Shown here in pieces: positions 11,360 to 23,853 of a stretch of 64,000 nucleotides of DNA. How positions within the stretch are numbered: position 1 is the stretch's first letter; each line of letters starts with the position of its first letter. The notes under the pieces were generated by a model. That model did not search any database and was not told the origin of the DNA. It worked only from the letters and a program-made list of their open reading frames with translations. The stretch is from assembly GCA_002269645.1 (NCBI GenBank), contig NIVC01000553.1, positions 342,554 through 406,553 of the forward strand, written 5' to 3'. The position numbers and the translations under genes are program-made. Source of the DNA: Macrostomum lignano. Taxonomy: Eukaryota.

Positions 11360-13124
11360 CTCAGCTCTAACGAGCGGATCCATCTGTACACATTGATTTG
11401 TTTCGCATGTGCTTAACTTTTAGATTAGATTTTTCGTTTAGATGATAATCTGTTTGTAGTACCTTCGTTGCAATCAGTAGTATATATCTTTTTCAGTCTT
11501 TTCAGATATCCTTTCACTATTTCAATCATGGCAATTCTTAGAAGTTTTCTGTCGACTTACATGTATCAATTTACTCGTAAATTAATTTTTTGTTTATTTG
11601 TTAATTCTTCAATTTCGAAGGAGTACACGATTCAACTCAATTTATTTCTCAACGCTTTGTTTTAAACTTTTTGAAACCAATACGGCTATACACTCATCAA
11701 AAGCACATAATTATTGCTAGACTTGATTTGGAAATACACAACAATAGGGGTATTTCAGTGCCTTCATACTCGCAAAACCATGACTAAATTCTTTTGCGGA
11801 CATCTGCAGCAAAAGCAGGATGCAACTTTTTTGTAAAAAGAGTGAGCTGTTTAACAAAATTGGAAAATATTGACTCGAAGCTGCATGCGAGCGGAGGGTC
11901 CTATTTCCAGGAAAACTCAATTCAAACAAACTTTTTAAACAAAGGTTTTTTAGCAAATATTTGACACAATTTCTTTGTTAAAAAATTGGCCCAACTAAAA
12001 GAGTGAGACATGGCAGTGAGGTTAAAGTCTCGCTTCTTTACCGTGTGTCGAGAAGAGAAACTAGCTAATAAAGGTGTGAAAAAAAACTAGCAGAGAAGGA
12101 CGGTAACATTACGGTAGATTGGGGTTGTTAAACAAAGAAAAACTGGAGAGACTTCTAAACATGCGGCGAAAACTTTTCACTGAAGACAAAGTTGCAAGCT
12201 GTTGCCGGGATACACAGGAGAGCCAGGATTGAATTAAAATAGACATACATGTAAAGGTAACAATAATATCAGGTAAAATGTTTTAATGAGTTGATTAAAG
12301 TGGTAAGAGGTCACACGCCCATTTTGCTGATGACCCCCTGGGCACGCACGCGGTCATGCAAAGACACAGACTGCAGTGTAAACTTCCTGAATATGAGAAA
12401 GTCAGAGGCTGCCGTACACCCTGCAGTGTGATCGTGAGACGTGAAACGGGCTTGCCTATAGACAACTCTGAAAATATGACGCCAAGAGCTCGACACGAAT
12501 TACCATTTCGCTCTACGCAGCGTTATAGTTAATTACAGAATCAATCGAATCAATTACTCGGTATTGGACCCAAACAAAGTCCCTGAAGAAGATCGAAATT
12601 AAAAAGACCAAAACTAAGACAGACGAGGCAGCAAAAACCGAAGCCACGAAAAGCTTAATCTAGATCCACGCAACAGCAACAACAGCGTGTCTGCATCTGC
12701 AAGCCAGCAGGCCCAATTCTTCGATGTGTCACCGCTATATGCAGCAAGTCCGCGGCACTACAGCTTGTGATAAATTATGAAAAGCATAGATAAATTTCAT
12801 TCACCCGAAAAACTAACACATACGCCCCATGAGGCGCGTGAAGCGCGAAGCGACACCGCAGATGACCAGTCAAAGGCAAAACTGTCAATCAAAATTGCTA
12901 ACCACCATCCAGAACTCCATAACTCGCATTCATGCGGTTTCAGTTTTCTTTTATTCACACAAATTCGAGTGGACACGAGTTTTCTCGCCAAAGTTTTTTA
13001 TCCAAATCGACAGGGGAGATGACAAACCACCATCGGCAGGAGCCCGAGATAGCAACACCTGCTTGGGCGAGATCCGAGGAAAAAATGTCTTCCAAAACTG
13101 CTCCACGCATTGAAAGACAAAAAC

Positions 13125-13380
13125 GGACTAAGTGGTCAGAGCGTCGGACTCACGACTTGAAGGTCGGGGGTTCGATTCCCGGTCCCACTGGAACAGTCTG
13201 TGTCCTTGAGCAAGACTCTTGACTCCGCATTGCTTCAGTTCACCCAGCTGTAAAATGGGTGCCGGCATCAGCTGGGGTAAAATTGAGGGTGTGTGTGGCG
13301 ACCCCCCCAGTCCTTGGACTGAACAGCCGTACGCAGCAATAGCTGCGGCTGAGCTGTCGGTTGCACATCTGGCCCTATTG
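13125..13380 (+). mobile_element. tRNA-derived SINE with CORE-like domain (copy 1)
   Basis: A-box-like AGTGGTCAGAGC (13131), B-box GGTTCGATTCC (13169-13179), then TGTGTCCTTGAGCAAGACTCTTGAC..CTTCAGTTCACCCAGCTGTAAAATGGG, resembling the MIR/CORE consensus. A second copy lies at 22790-23045. Confidence 0.88.
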
Positions 13381-13875
13381 GAATTGGAATGTTTAACTAC
13401 TTTAATAGTAGGGGCATACATGCTGTTCATAACTCTTATCCCAATTAATTGGTCGGTGAAAAAATAATTCAATTCGGACAGCAAAAACCAAAACATTTTA
13501 TGATTGTTAGCAAACTAACTGTTCGAAAATTAACTATGAACGAATATTTGAATATATTTATTTTGTTAACACACACGAAGCTACAATGTCGAAAACAATG
13601 AAAAAACTGTTGTGTATGCAGCTAGATTAAATTAAAGATGCTATAAAATCTATAATTACAATAACAAGACGAAAGTAGTAAACCAATACTTAATAAAGAT
13701 CTGGGCGAATAAAAAGATTCTTTACCTAAATTATCTCAGATATTAAATTGTTGTTCAGAAAAAAACATCTACTCAGCAAGCGTTCGAAATAGCCTACTTA
13801 CAATAAGTAGGAAGTAGTGAAAAAATTGAAATAAAAAAGGTGGCGCTACATTAATTTGAGTGATTTTTGTTTTAA

Positions 13876-14268
13876 TCAGTGCTTCTTGTTTTCGTCACCT
13901 CTAGCAGCCTGATCCAGCTGATTCATGCTAGCCCGGTGCTTCTTAATCGCTTCCAGGTGATGCGCGATCTCTTTCTCGTGATGCTCAACTTCCTGTTTAA
14001 GGCTATGCTGCATCTCGGCCAGCTGTTCGCGTTCCAATCTGCGAAAATATTCCTCCTCCTTGGCGGCCTGGGCCTTGCCCATCGACCCGCCGGCGTCGCG
14101 AATAGAGCCGCCAGAGCCGCCGCCTTTGCCGGCGCCGCGGCCCAATTCGTTACCGGACATCTGTCTGCAGATTATTGGTACTGCTAGGCAAGTATTGTTG
14201 CTATTGCTGCCACCTAAAAGAAGACGCTGATTGCGAAATAGGTGTCGGCCAATGGTCAGGTAAGACAT
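13876..14268 (-). CDS. ATP5IF1: Mitochondrial ATP synthase inhibitory factor IF1, 130 aa, intronless CDS
   Basis: Arg-rich presequence-like N-terminus, then GAGKGGGSGGSIRDAGGSMGKAQAAKEEEYFRRLEREQL and a His-rich coiled coil EVEHHEKEIAHHLEAIKKH. Confidence 0.95.
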   Translation of the reverse strand: MSYLTIGRHLFRNQRLLLGGSNSNNTCLAVPIICRQMSGNELGRGAGKGGGSGGSIRDAGGSMGKAQAAKEEEYFRRLEREQLAEMQHSLKQEVEHHEKEIAHHLEAIKKHRASMNQLDQAARGDENKKH

Positions 14269-14419
14269 TTTCGTCAGGTAGGACAGTTTGTGTTGACTGT
14301 TTTTCTGACAAAAAACATCGGGTGATAAGATGTGAGGTTTGTAAATTTACCTAAATTTGATAGCCATAGTTTAACGCTATTAAACAGATCACAAGCACTA
14401 ACTTTTGTTTTTATCTAGG

Positions 14420-15160
14420 TGGCAGGCTATTCTAGAAATCGGGTGAGGGGTGGGTGGCGGGCTATTCTAGAAATCGGGTGAGGGGTGGGTGGCAGGCTAT
14501 TCTAGAAATCGGGTGAGGGGTGGGTGGCAGGCTATTCTAGAAATCGGGGTGAGGGGTGGGTGGCGGGCTATTCTAGAAATCGGTCGAGGGGTGGGTGGCG
14601 GGCTATTCTAGAAATCGGGGTGAGGGGTGGGTGGAGGCTATTCTAGAAATCGGGGTGAGGGGTGGGTGGCAGGCTATTCTAGAAATCGGGGTGAGGGTGG
14701 GTGGCGGACTATTCTAGAAATCGGTCGAGGGGTGGGTGGCGGGCTATTCTAGAAATCGGGGTGAGGGGTGGGTGGAGGCTATTCTAGAAATCGGGGTGAG
14801 GGTGGGTGGCGGGCTATTCTAGAAATCGGGGTGAGGGGTGGGTGGCGGGCTATTCTAGAAATCGGGGTGAGGGGTGGGTGGCAGGCTATTCTAGAAATCA
14901 GGTGAGGGGTGGGTGGCGGTCTATTCTAGAAATCGGGGTGAGGGGTGGGTGGCGGACTATTCTAGAAATCGGGGTGAGGGGTGGGTGGCGGGCTATTCTA
15001 GAAATCGGGGTGAGGGGTGGGTGGCGGGCTATTCTAGAAATCGGGGTGAGGGGTGGGTGGAGGCTATTCTAGAAATCGGGGTGAGGGGTGGGTGGCAGGC
15101 TATTCTAGAAATCGGGGTGAGGGGTGGGTGGCAGGCTATTCTAGAAATCGGGGGTGTGAC
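14420..15160. repeat. G-rich 36-bp minisatellite (GGGGTGGGTGGCGGGCTATTCTAGAAATCGGGGTGA), upstream of IF1
   Basis: About 20 direct copies; each contains the palindrome TTCTAGAA. Confidence 0.97.
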
Positions 15161-18100
15161 AGGCTAAAATAAAAAATGGACAAGTACAGCAACATAAAAA
15201 TTGCTTTTTGTCTGTAATATATGGCGTGCTTCAATCATCGAAATGAACTTTTCATTATTAACTTTTTGTAAGCTCCCAGACAGACATTTGATGACTGGAG
15301 GTGCATGACAGCAAAAGTATATATATAGTTTTTTATTATATAGTGTAAGCCAAAAAGACGACTAGACGGTAGACACAAAAAAGAGAAATAATATCTTATC
15401 ACATCGCCAGGACAGACTAATAAACAGCTTAACTAAAATTCTCAAGTATCCATTTAAAGACTTAAATATATCGGACTTCGCGGCAAAGTTAGTAACCAGC
15501 AGTCTAATAAGAGAATGTCCATCTAAAGAAGAATTAAATTTTACGCAATTGAAAATGACCCAAAAATCATCACACGATTTATTTCCTACAAAAATAATAT
15601 ATTGTAGTAGTGCACAGTTGTGTGCTAGGACAAACATCTCGTTTCTAGGAGATATCTTCTTTCGTAGACATAAATTCAAAACCGACAATTCGGATAGAGA
15701 AAAACACAGAAACAACTATGAAGCTCCGCTACAAAGAAAAGTAAAATTAAAATGTTTAAAACTAGAACTAGAAAAGTACGTTGCTTTTTTTAAAATGGAG
15801 ACCATCAATAGATTTTAATACAAGAACTCGTTTGTTATAACATTACAAAGCTAAAGTACAGCCACTAATTTAAAAAATTGCTTTTACTTGATTTCTTATC
15901 TTTTTAAACTCGGCCTAAGCAGTTCTAAACCCATGCACGTACAGATGTACATTGTAAAGTCTTGTTTAGGCTCCCCGCTCCCCCGTCTCCCCCGCAAATG
16001 GGCTGCCCCGTCTGGCAAACTTAATTTTTCTACCCCAACCTCCTGATCCTTATCGCTCGCGCGGCTCTAACCCTTTTACTGTCTATCCCCAGGCGAATGT
16101 ACATCGGCGTTTATTTTTGAATGTACATTGGTGTTATCTGACCAGTCTGCACCAACCCCACTCCGTCACACTTCTATTTTAAACTTGATTAGCTTGTAAA
16201 AACTAAAACAAATTGTTTATTAACGAAGTTACTACCAGTCTTTAAAGACAACAACAATGACCAAGACACATTTGATATACAGACAGACAGAAAAGAGAGA
16301 TATTTTTACGTACTTTTGTACACTACTGACTGAAAAATATAGCAGAGCAGACACGGCACGCTGCTAAAAACACAAATAAATTCCATAAACTATATCGTTG
16401 ACGCTACAGAGGCTAAGTTGTAAGTCGATAATCTGTAATTAAAATGAACGGACAAAATAAATACAAAAAAGACGAGATTCTGTAAAAAGAACTGTATGAA
16501 CTTTGCTATTCAATCAAATTAATATTAGCTTAGAATAACAAATCTTCAGTCTCTTCTCGTTAGACACAGCTGCATGAATATAGAATTAGAGGGCACAACT
16601 ACAGCATACAGTGTATACACATGAATAAAACATACTATCGCATAGAGGTAAAATTTATAACAATATCTGATCAACAATATACACACGCAGAAATCTTTGA
16701 CAAGAAATTCAACACATCAATTAGAATTTATATTCCTGCGCTTAGTCAATTGTTTTGAAAAATCGTAGAAACCATTTTCAGAATGACATTGTTGGGACAG
16801 TAAAACCACAGTGGAATATAGCACACAGACTGAGACAAGTACAAGACAATTTATGGCTCACAGTAATAAGTTATTAATGACTTCTTTTTTCCAATTTTCC
16901 CTGATGGGAAGGTAGCAGGTACGGAGGTGGAGGAGAGAAGGACAAGAGAGCAGAAATACCGACAGCAAGAAAAATTATTATGCTTTTAATTAACAATGAT
17001 AAATCAATGTTCAACTTCTGTGAACAATAATAGCCAGCGCTTTCTATAGTGCCTACTATAGGAAAAAACAGTAGTATCATCAGGAATTAAGCACTATTAA
17101 AATAAGTCGACTGTTTTAATGTTAAAATTTGCCGCCTTGACAAGGACAACGCTCGAGGATAATAAACAGAGATTAGGGCGCATCGGAAAGAGAGAAAAAA
17201 TACCAAAATACGGAATAGCGACGATTCGAAACACAGCGACAAAGAAATACCAAATCAGCACAGAATACAGATCATTACAAACTACAGATACAATTCAAAT
17301 GATTAACCGCCAATCGCGCACACAAAATAGTAATCACTATCTATGCATCTGCCACCAGAAGAAGATATCCTAGTTGTAACAGAATCGGAGCATAAAAAAT
17401 GATTGTATCGCACACGATTGTACAATAATAGATCGAATGAAAGAATTACGAGCTAGAATTAAAGGAAATTAGAAAACTTTATCGATGCTTAAATGAGAAT
17501 TTAGTTTAAAAAAACAATTTTTTCAAAAATAAACTTTGTGGATTAAAAGGAGCCGATGTACATTGAAGTAAAGGTTCGTCTGAGCGTGGAGAGGGGTTGA
17601 CACGAGTTAAGCCTGCGAGGGCATGCATGTGCGTACACCTCATCGCGTGTACACTCAGATTTAACGATTGTGGGGATGACTTGTCCTTGATAGGGAAACC
17701 CCATCTATTTTTAGAAACTTTTATGACCAGCGCATGTACACTCTGGGTAAGGAAGGAACACAAGTATCAGGGAATGTACTCTAGAGCTGTGTGTACACAG
17801 AATAATCTATTTTTAGAAACGCTTTCCTTAAAGAGCCCCTTATAAACTATGATAATCTACGTAGGACAAGATAAACAGGGTTTTTCACCCAACACAAGTA
17901 CTCGCGGACAGGTGAAAGGCGAATATACTAAAGATAAAAGTAAACTTCTTTGCATACTACTTGTCTGGTCTGGGACACAAGCTGACTACAGAAGGCAAGC
18001 TTACTGATTCTGAGAGTATATAAAAGAATACAGGATAGATAGAAAGATAGCCAGACTTGACTTGGCAAAATAGAAATCCAAAATTTGGGACATTAAAAAT

Positions 18101-18402
18101 CGCGTTATAGATACAAATATACAGTGCTGGAAAATCGAAATGGTGAAAGAGACAAGATAACAGGACTTATAACCCCAAATGTTGCATATTCTATTCTAAA
18201 TTCTGGACTAAGTCTGATTGAGACTACTTTGATGTAAGCTAAAGTTTAGATTTTCAGATTCAAGATTCATACTCAAGAGAGATCAGACAAGTCGAGAACA
18301 GAGTACACAATGACAAGATAAAACAAAGGAAAAAATCACTAAGACAGTAAACTCCATAAACAGACTAATTTCCAAACTGTTTGTCCATCATTATTGGCTC
18401 AT

Positions 18403-21400
18403 TTAACTCAAACTGCCACGACTTGGCCTTCTCGGCTCCGAGCCTCCAGCGCCGCCGCCGCTGCTATCGAACGAGCCCTGGTTGCCGTGTCCGGCGCCGC
18501 ACAGAGTTGTCGTTGTTGCTGTCGAGTTTGTCGATCCGCCGCCGCCGCCGCCAGTGGCGCCGCCAGACGAGGAGGTGGACGGCACGTCGGCGCCGTACCA
18601 TTTGTGCGCCTTGGGCTTCATTTTCGATAGGATAGCGTTGCTGGCGTCGAATGCGGCTTGGATCTCGTCTTTCCACTGGCTGATTAGGACTCGGTCCTGG
18701 TGCGGGAGCAAGGGTGGGGTGAGTAAGTGCAAGTGGTTTATTCAGAATACCGATAGTCTATCCAGATTACCCATAGCGTCTACCTAGATTACCAGTTAAG
18801 TCTACTTAAATTACCAGTAAAGTCTACCTAGTTCCCTCAGTAGAGTCTACCCAGTTGATTCAGTAGAGTCTACCCAGTTGATTAAGTAGAGTCTACCCAG
18901 TTCGCTCAGTAGAGTCTACCCAGTTGACTCAGTAGAGTCTACCCAGTTCGCTCAGTAGAGTCTACCCAGTTGATTCAGTAGAGTCTACCCAGTTGATTCA
19001 GTAGAGTCTACCCAGTTGATTCAGTAGAGTCTACCCAGTTGATTCAGTAGAGTCTACCCAGTTGATTCAGTAGAGTCTACCCAGTTGATTCAGTAGAGTC
19101 TACCCAGTTGATTCAGTAGAGTCTACCCAGTTGATTCAGTAGAGTCTACCCAGTTGATTCAGTAGAGTCTACCCAGTTGATTCAGTAGAGTCTACCCAGT
19201 TGATTCAGTAGAGTCTACCCAGTTGATTCAGTAGAGTCTACCCAGTTCGCTCAGTAGAGTCTACCCAGTTGACTCAGTAGAGTCTACCCAGTTGACTCAG
19301 TAGAGTCTACCCAGTTGATTCAGTAGAGTCTACCCAGTTGATTCAGTAGAGTCTACCCAGTTGATTCAGTAGAGTCTACCCAGTTGATTCAGTAGAGTCT
19401 ACCCAGTTGATTCAGTAGAGTCTACCCAGTTGATTCAGTAGAGTCTACCCAGTTGATTCAGTAGAGTCTACCCAGTTGATTCAGTAGAGTCTACCCAGTT
19501 CGCTCAGTAGAGTCTACCCAGTTCACTCAGCAGTCTAGACCAGAACGGGTAAGCAGAGGACAGGTCCCCATCTCATCAACACTCACCTGAGAAGTGATGT
19601 ACACCTTCTGATCATTCTTCAGGCCGATGGCGATGCAATTCTCGTACTTGTGCACCTTGTGAAACTCGGGCCCGATCTCGCGAATGTCGAACATGCTGAT
19701 GAGCTCGGCGCCCTTCTTCTGCAACAGGCCGTCGCGTGATTTGCTGTAGAACTCCAGCCGGTTGGGAAACAGCTTCAGGTGCTTCTTCTGCCAAGTCTGC
19801 AGGAACGGGCCGCCAAGTCGCTGGACTTCGCCTTCAACAATGCAGTCGGAGCCGGCCGTCAAGTCCAGCTGCTGTTCACCGTCGTCGCGTTTGCCCCGAC
19901 GCTTCTGCTCGAGCTTGTCTGTCTCGCTGTTGACATATTCGAACACAGTTTCGGCTATTTCCGACTGCCAGCGCTCGGAGACAACCAGAGAGAAGTTGCG
20001 GTACAGCTGCTGGTCGGCTTCAGTGAGCTTGATGCCTGCTCGGGATCGAGGATTAGAGACCGGTCATTGAACATGAGAATTGGTCATAGGCTTAAAGTCA
20101 TAAATCAAAGATAGGCAAATCGAATATAGGCTATAGCAATTAGTCAATTGCCGTGAAAATTGGTCATATGCCATGAAAATTGGTCATAATGCTGTAATAA
20201 TTAGTCATATTCCGTAATAATTGGTCATAATACTGTGATAGTTAGTCATATGCCGTGAAAATTGGTCATATGTTGTGAAAAATCGGTCATATGTTGTGAA
20301 AAATCGGTCATATTTTTTGAAAAATCGGTCATACGCTATGAAAAGTCGGTCATATACTGTGAAAAGTCGGTCATATACTGTGGAAAATCGGTCATATATA
20401 TGCTGTAAAAATTGGTCATATACTGTGAAAAAAGCTATTATGACCAATGTGAAAGTCGGTCATAAGCCATTAAAGTTGGTCATAAGCCATTAAAATCGGT
20501 CATAGGTAATTCAGTAACCTATGTCATACACAAACATAACGCACCTTTTGTATCCTCCTCGTCGAAGGAGCCAATATCGAAGGCGTCGTGGGCGTTCACC
20601 TCGCCGCGGGGCGGCACCAGCGGGGCCGGGTACTTCTGCAGGTATACCTGGCCCCAGTCGATCCCGGCAAAGAACGGATGCTCCTTGAGCTCCGAAGCGC
20701 CGCGTCCTCGACAACCAATTCGCTGATCAACATCGCGAGCCAGCAGGCCTTCCAGCAGGTTGCGAATCTCCGGCGAAATCGTGTCGTTAAGATCCGGACT
20801 GACAGTCATCGTCATGCGATCGATCTCGTGCTTGTCTTTGGTCTTGTGATGCCTGAACGGGCTGTGACCTTTCAGCAATTTGTACAGCATGCAGCCGTAG
20901 CTGAACCAATCGGCGGAGCTGTCGTAGGCGGTGCCCTTCTGCAGCACCTCCGGCGCCATGTAGCCGTGGGTGCCGACACTGGCGTGAGGCTTTTTCTTAG
21001 AAAAGTCGCAAGCCAAGCCGAGGTCGCTGATGCGAACGTGACCGTGCTCGTCTAGCAGGATGTTCGCCGGCTGTTGGGGCGAGGGACAGCGACTGAGTTA
21101 ACTAATTGCACCCACCTCACTCTCTGATTGCACCCACCTCACTCCCTGATTGCACCCACCTCACTCCCTGACTGCACTCACCTCACTCCCTGACTGCACC
21201 CACCTCACTCCCTGATTGCACCCACCTCACTCCCTGACTGCACCCACCTCACTCCCTGACTGCACCCACCTCACTCCCTGACTGCACCCACCTCACTCCC
21301 TGATTGCACCCACCTTACTCCCTGATTTCACCCACCTCATTCCCTGATTGCACTCATTTTAGTGCTAGTCTGCAGACTAATAAAATGACATGTTGTTATT

Positions 21401-23667
21401 TTTACTAAAATCCTTTTTTATTACATTAAGTTTGCCAGGAATTTTCCTTGAAATAGATAAAATCCAGTTATGAGTTGCTTAAATTTGTTAAATATTTATG
21501 TTACTGTGAATAGGTCCGTGCAATAAGCATTAAACTACAAAAGTCAACGCCTAAATTTCTAATTATCTTGTAACTAAAAAACCCAGCCAGCCACAAATTA
21601 AAAAAAGTAGCTGAGTAGCAATGCCGCAATTCGGCATCAAATTGAGACAGAAAATCTAGTTTAAAAAAATCTGTGTTTTTCAAATCTGATTAAAAATATT
21701 TTTATTTTGTTATCCAAAATGAATAGCAGACAAAACTTTAAATCCTGTTTAATAGATTATTTTACCCGAACTGCTATAAGCAACGAAGGAAAGAGAAGCA
21801 GGTAACGAGCAGACGTGTTATAACAGAAAAAACCGACTTTAAAACTATTGCAAATGAAAAATTTGAAACCAGAATCTGTAGAAGGAAGTACTTTTAAAAA
21901 GCTTATAATTTTCTAAAAACTGTAATGCTTTAAAAAGTTAAATTATTTCTTATCGGACTAAGTCTAAGTCTAAGCCTAAATTATAAATCGAGAAAATGAA
22001 TATGAGAAACCTTTCAATTTCGTGCAAATTTCGTTGGGCTTCAACTCCAAATCCCGTCAAAAGAATCACTCAACTCGCTGATTCGTTTTAATAAAAGTTC
22101 ACTGGCACTGGGTAGGGAGTGGGAATAAAATATAGTGCAAGTAATAGGCTGTGCGAATGAATGAGTCAGGCACTGGGGTAGAATGGGGGGTGGAGGGGGT
22201 AGAAGGGAGAACAGAGGGGGTAGAAGGGAAGACAGAGCGGGTAGAAGGGAAGACAGAGCGGGTAGAAGGGAGGACAGAGGGGTAGAAGGAAGGACAGAGG
22301 GGGTAGAAGGGAGGACAGAGGGGTAGAAGGAAGGACAGAGGGGGTAGAAGGAAGGACAGAGGGGGTAGAAGGGAGGACAGAGGGGGTAGAAGGGAGGACA
22401 GAGGGGGTAGAAGGGAAGACAGAGGGGGTAGAAGGGAGGACAGAGGGGGTAGAAGGGAAGACAGAGGGGGTAGAAGGGAAGACAGAGGGGGTAGAAGGGA
22501 GGACAGAGGGGGTAGAAGGGAAGACAGAGGGGTAGACGGGAGGACAGAGGGGGTAGACGGGAGGACAGAGGGGGTAGACGGGAGGACAGAGGGGGTAGAC
22601 GGGAGGACAGAGGGGGTAGACGGGAGGACAGAGGGGGTAGACGGGAGGACAGAGGGGGTAGAAGGAAGGACAGAGGGGGTAGAAGGGAGGACAGAGGGGG
22701 TAGAAGGAAGGACAGAGGGGGTAGAAGGGAAGACAGAGGGAGGGTAGAAGGGAGAACATAATGCTTAAATATTAATAATAATTGATTGCACCTGCCCAAT
22801 TAGACAGATGTGCAACCGACAGCTCAGCCGCAGCTATTGCGCGGCGCATCTGAAGGCTGCGTACGGCTGTTCAGTCTAAGGACTGGGGGGTCGCCACACA
22901 CCACCTTCAATTACCCCAGCTAATGCTGGCACCCATTTTACAGCTGGGTGAACTGAAGCAATAATGCAGAGTTAAGTGTCTTGATCAAGGATACAAATTG
23001 TTCTACAGTGGTATTCGGCAATCGAACCCGCGACCTTCAAGTCTAAATGATATCAAGTCAAGCCTAGCACTTAAAACCAAAACTATAATACAGTAATCTC
23101 AAACGATATCATTTTACAAAACAAACACTTTTCAGCAGTACTGGCAATGTCACTACTTGAGTCCAAGTCCATGCAATCAATTTAAATTGCCTTACTGAAG
23201 TTAAAATTTATCAATAAAGTCCTGGCTTCGAGCCTCAGTCACTTGAGGCCGCCTCGCAGATAAAGAATTGAAGAAATCAGCTCATTTGAAGATCTATCTA
23301 TATATCCGCCCATCCTTCATTCTGACTAACGGAAGTGAGATTGCTATAAGTCAGCCCAAACTCCTATGAATTATACAGGGGTCAGATAAGATACTTAGGG
23401 GATATTTATTGTGAACTCACTGAATCTGAAACTCTGGGCGCCATCTGAAGAATAATACACTTAGCAATACTTAATCGATATTTCAGTGTCTTTATTATAG
23501 CCCGTTAGATGGCACGAACAGATAAAAAAATCAAAGCCATCCAGTAAAAAAAATTGAAATTGAAGAGAGCGAGTTCCATCCCTGAGCATTTAGCACTGCG
23601 TTATTGTGTGAACTTGAAACTAATTCATAGAAAAATACAGACTGCAATGATAGATAGCTAGATAGAC

Positions 23668-23702
<35 letters not shown>

Positions 23703-23703
23703 C

Positions 23704-23738
<35 letters not shown>

Positions 23739-23811
23739 CAGATAGATGGATAGATAGATAGATAGATAGATAGACAGATAGATAGATAGATAGATAGACA
23801 GATAGATAGAC

Positions 23812-23853
<42 letters not shown>

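Noticed and set aside
13125-13190. tRNA gene
   Set aside because: It has A and B boxes but no complete cloverleaf or acceptor stem, and continues into a SINE body that is repeated at 22790-23045.
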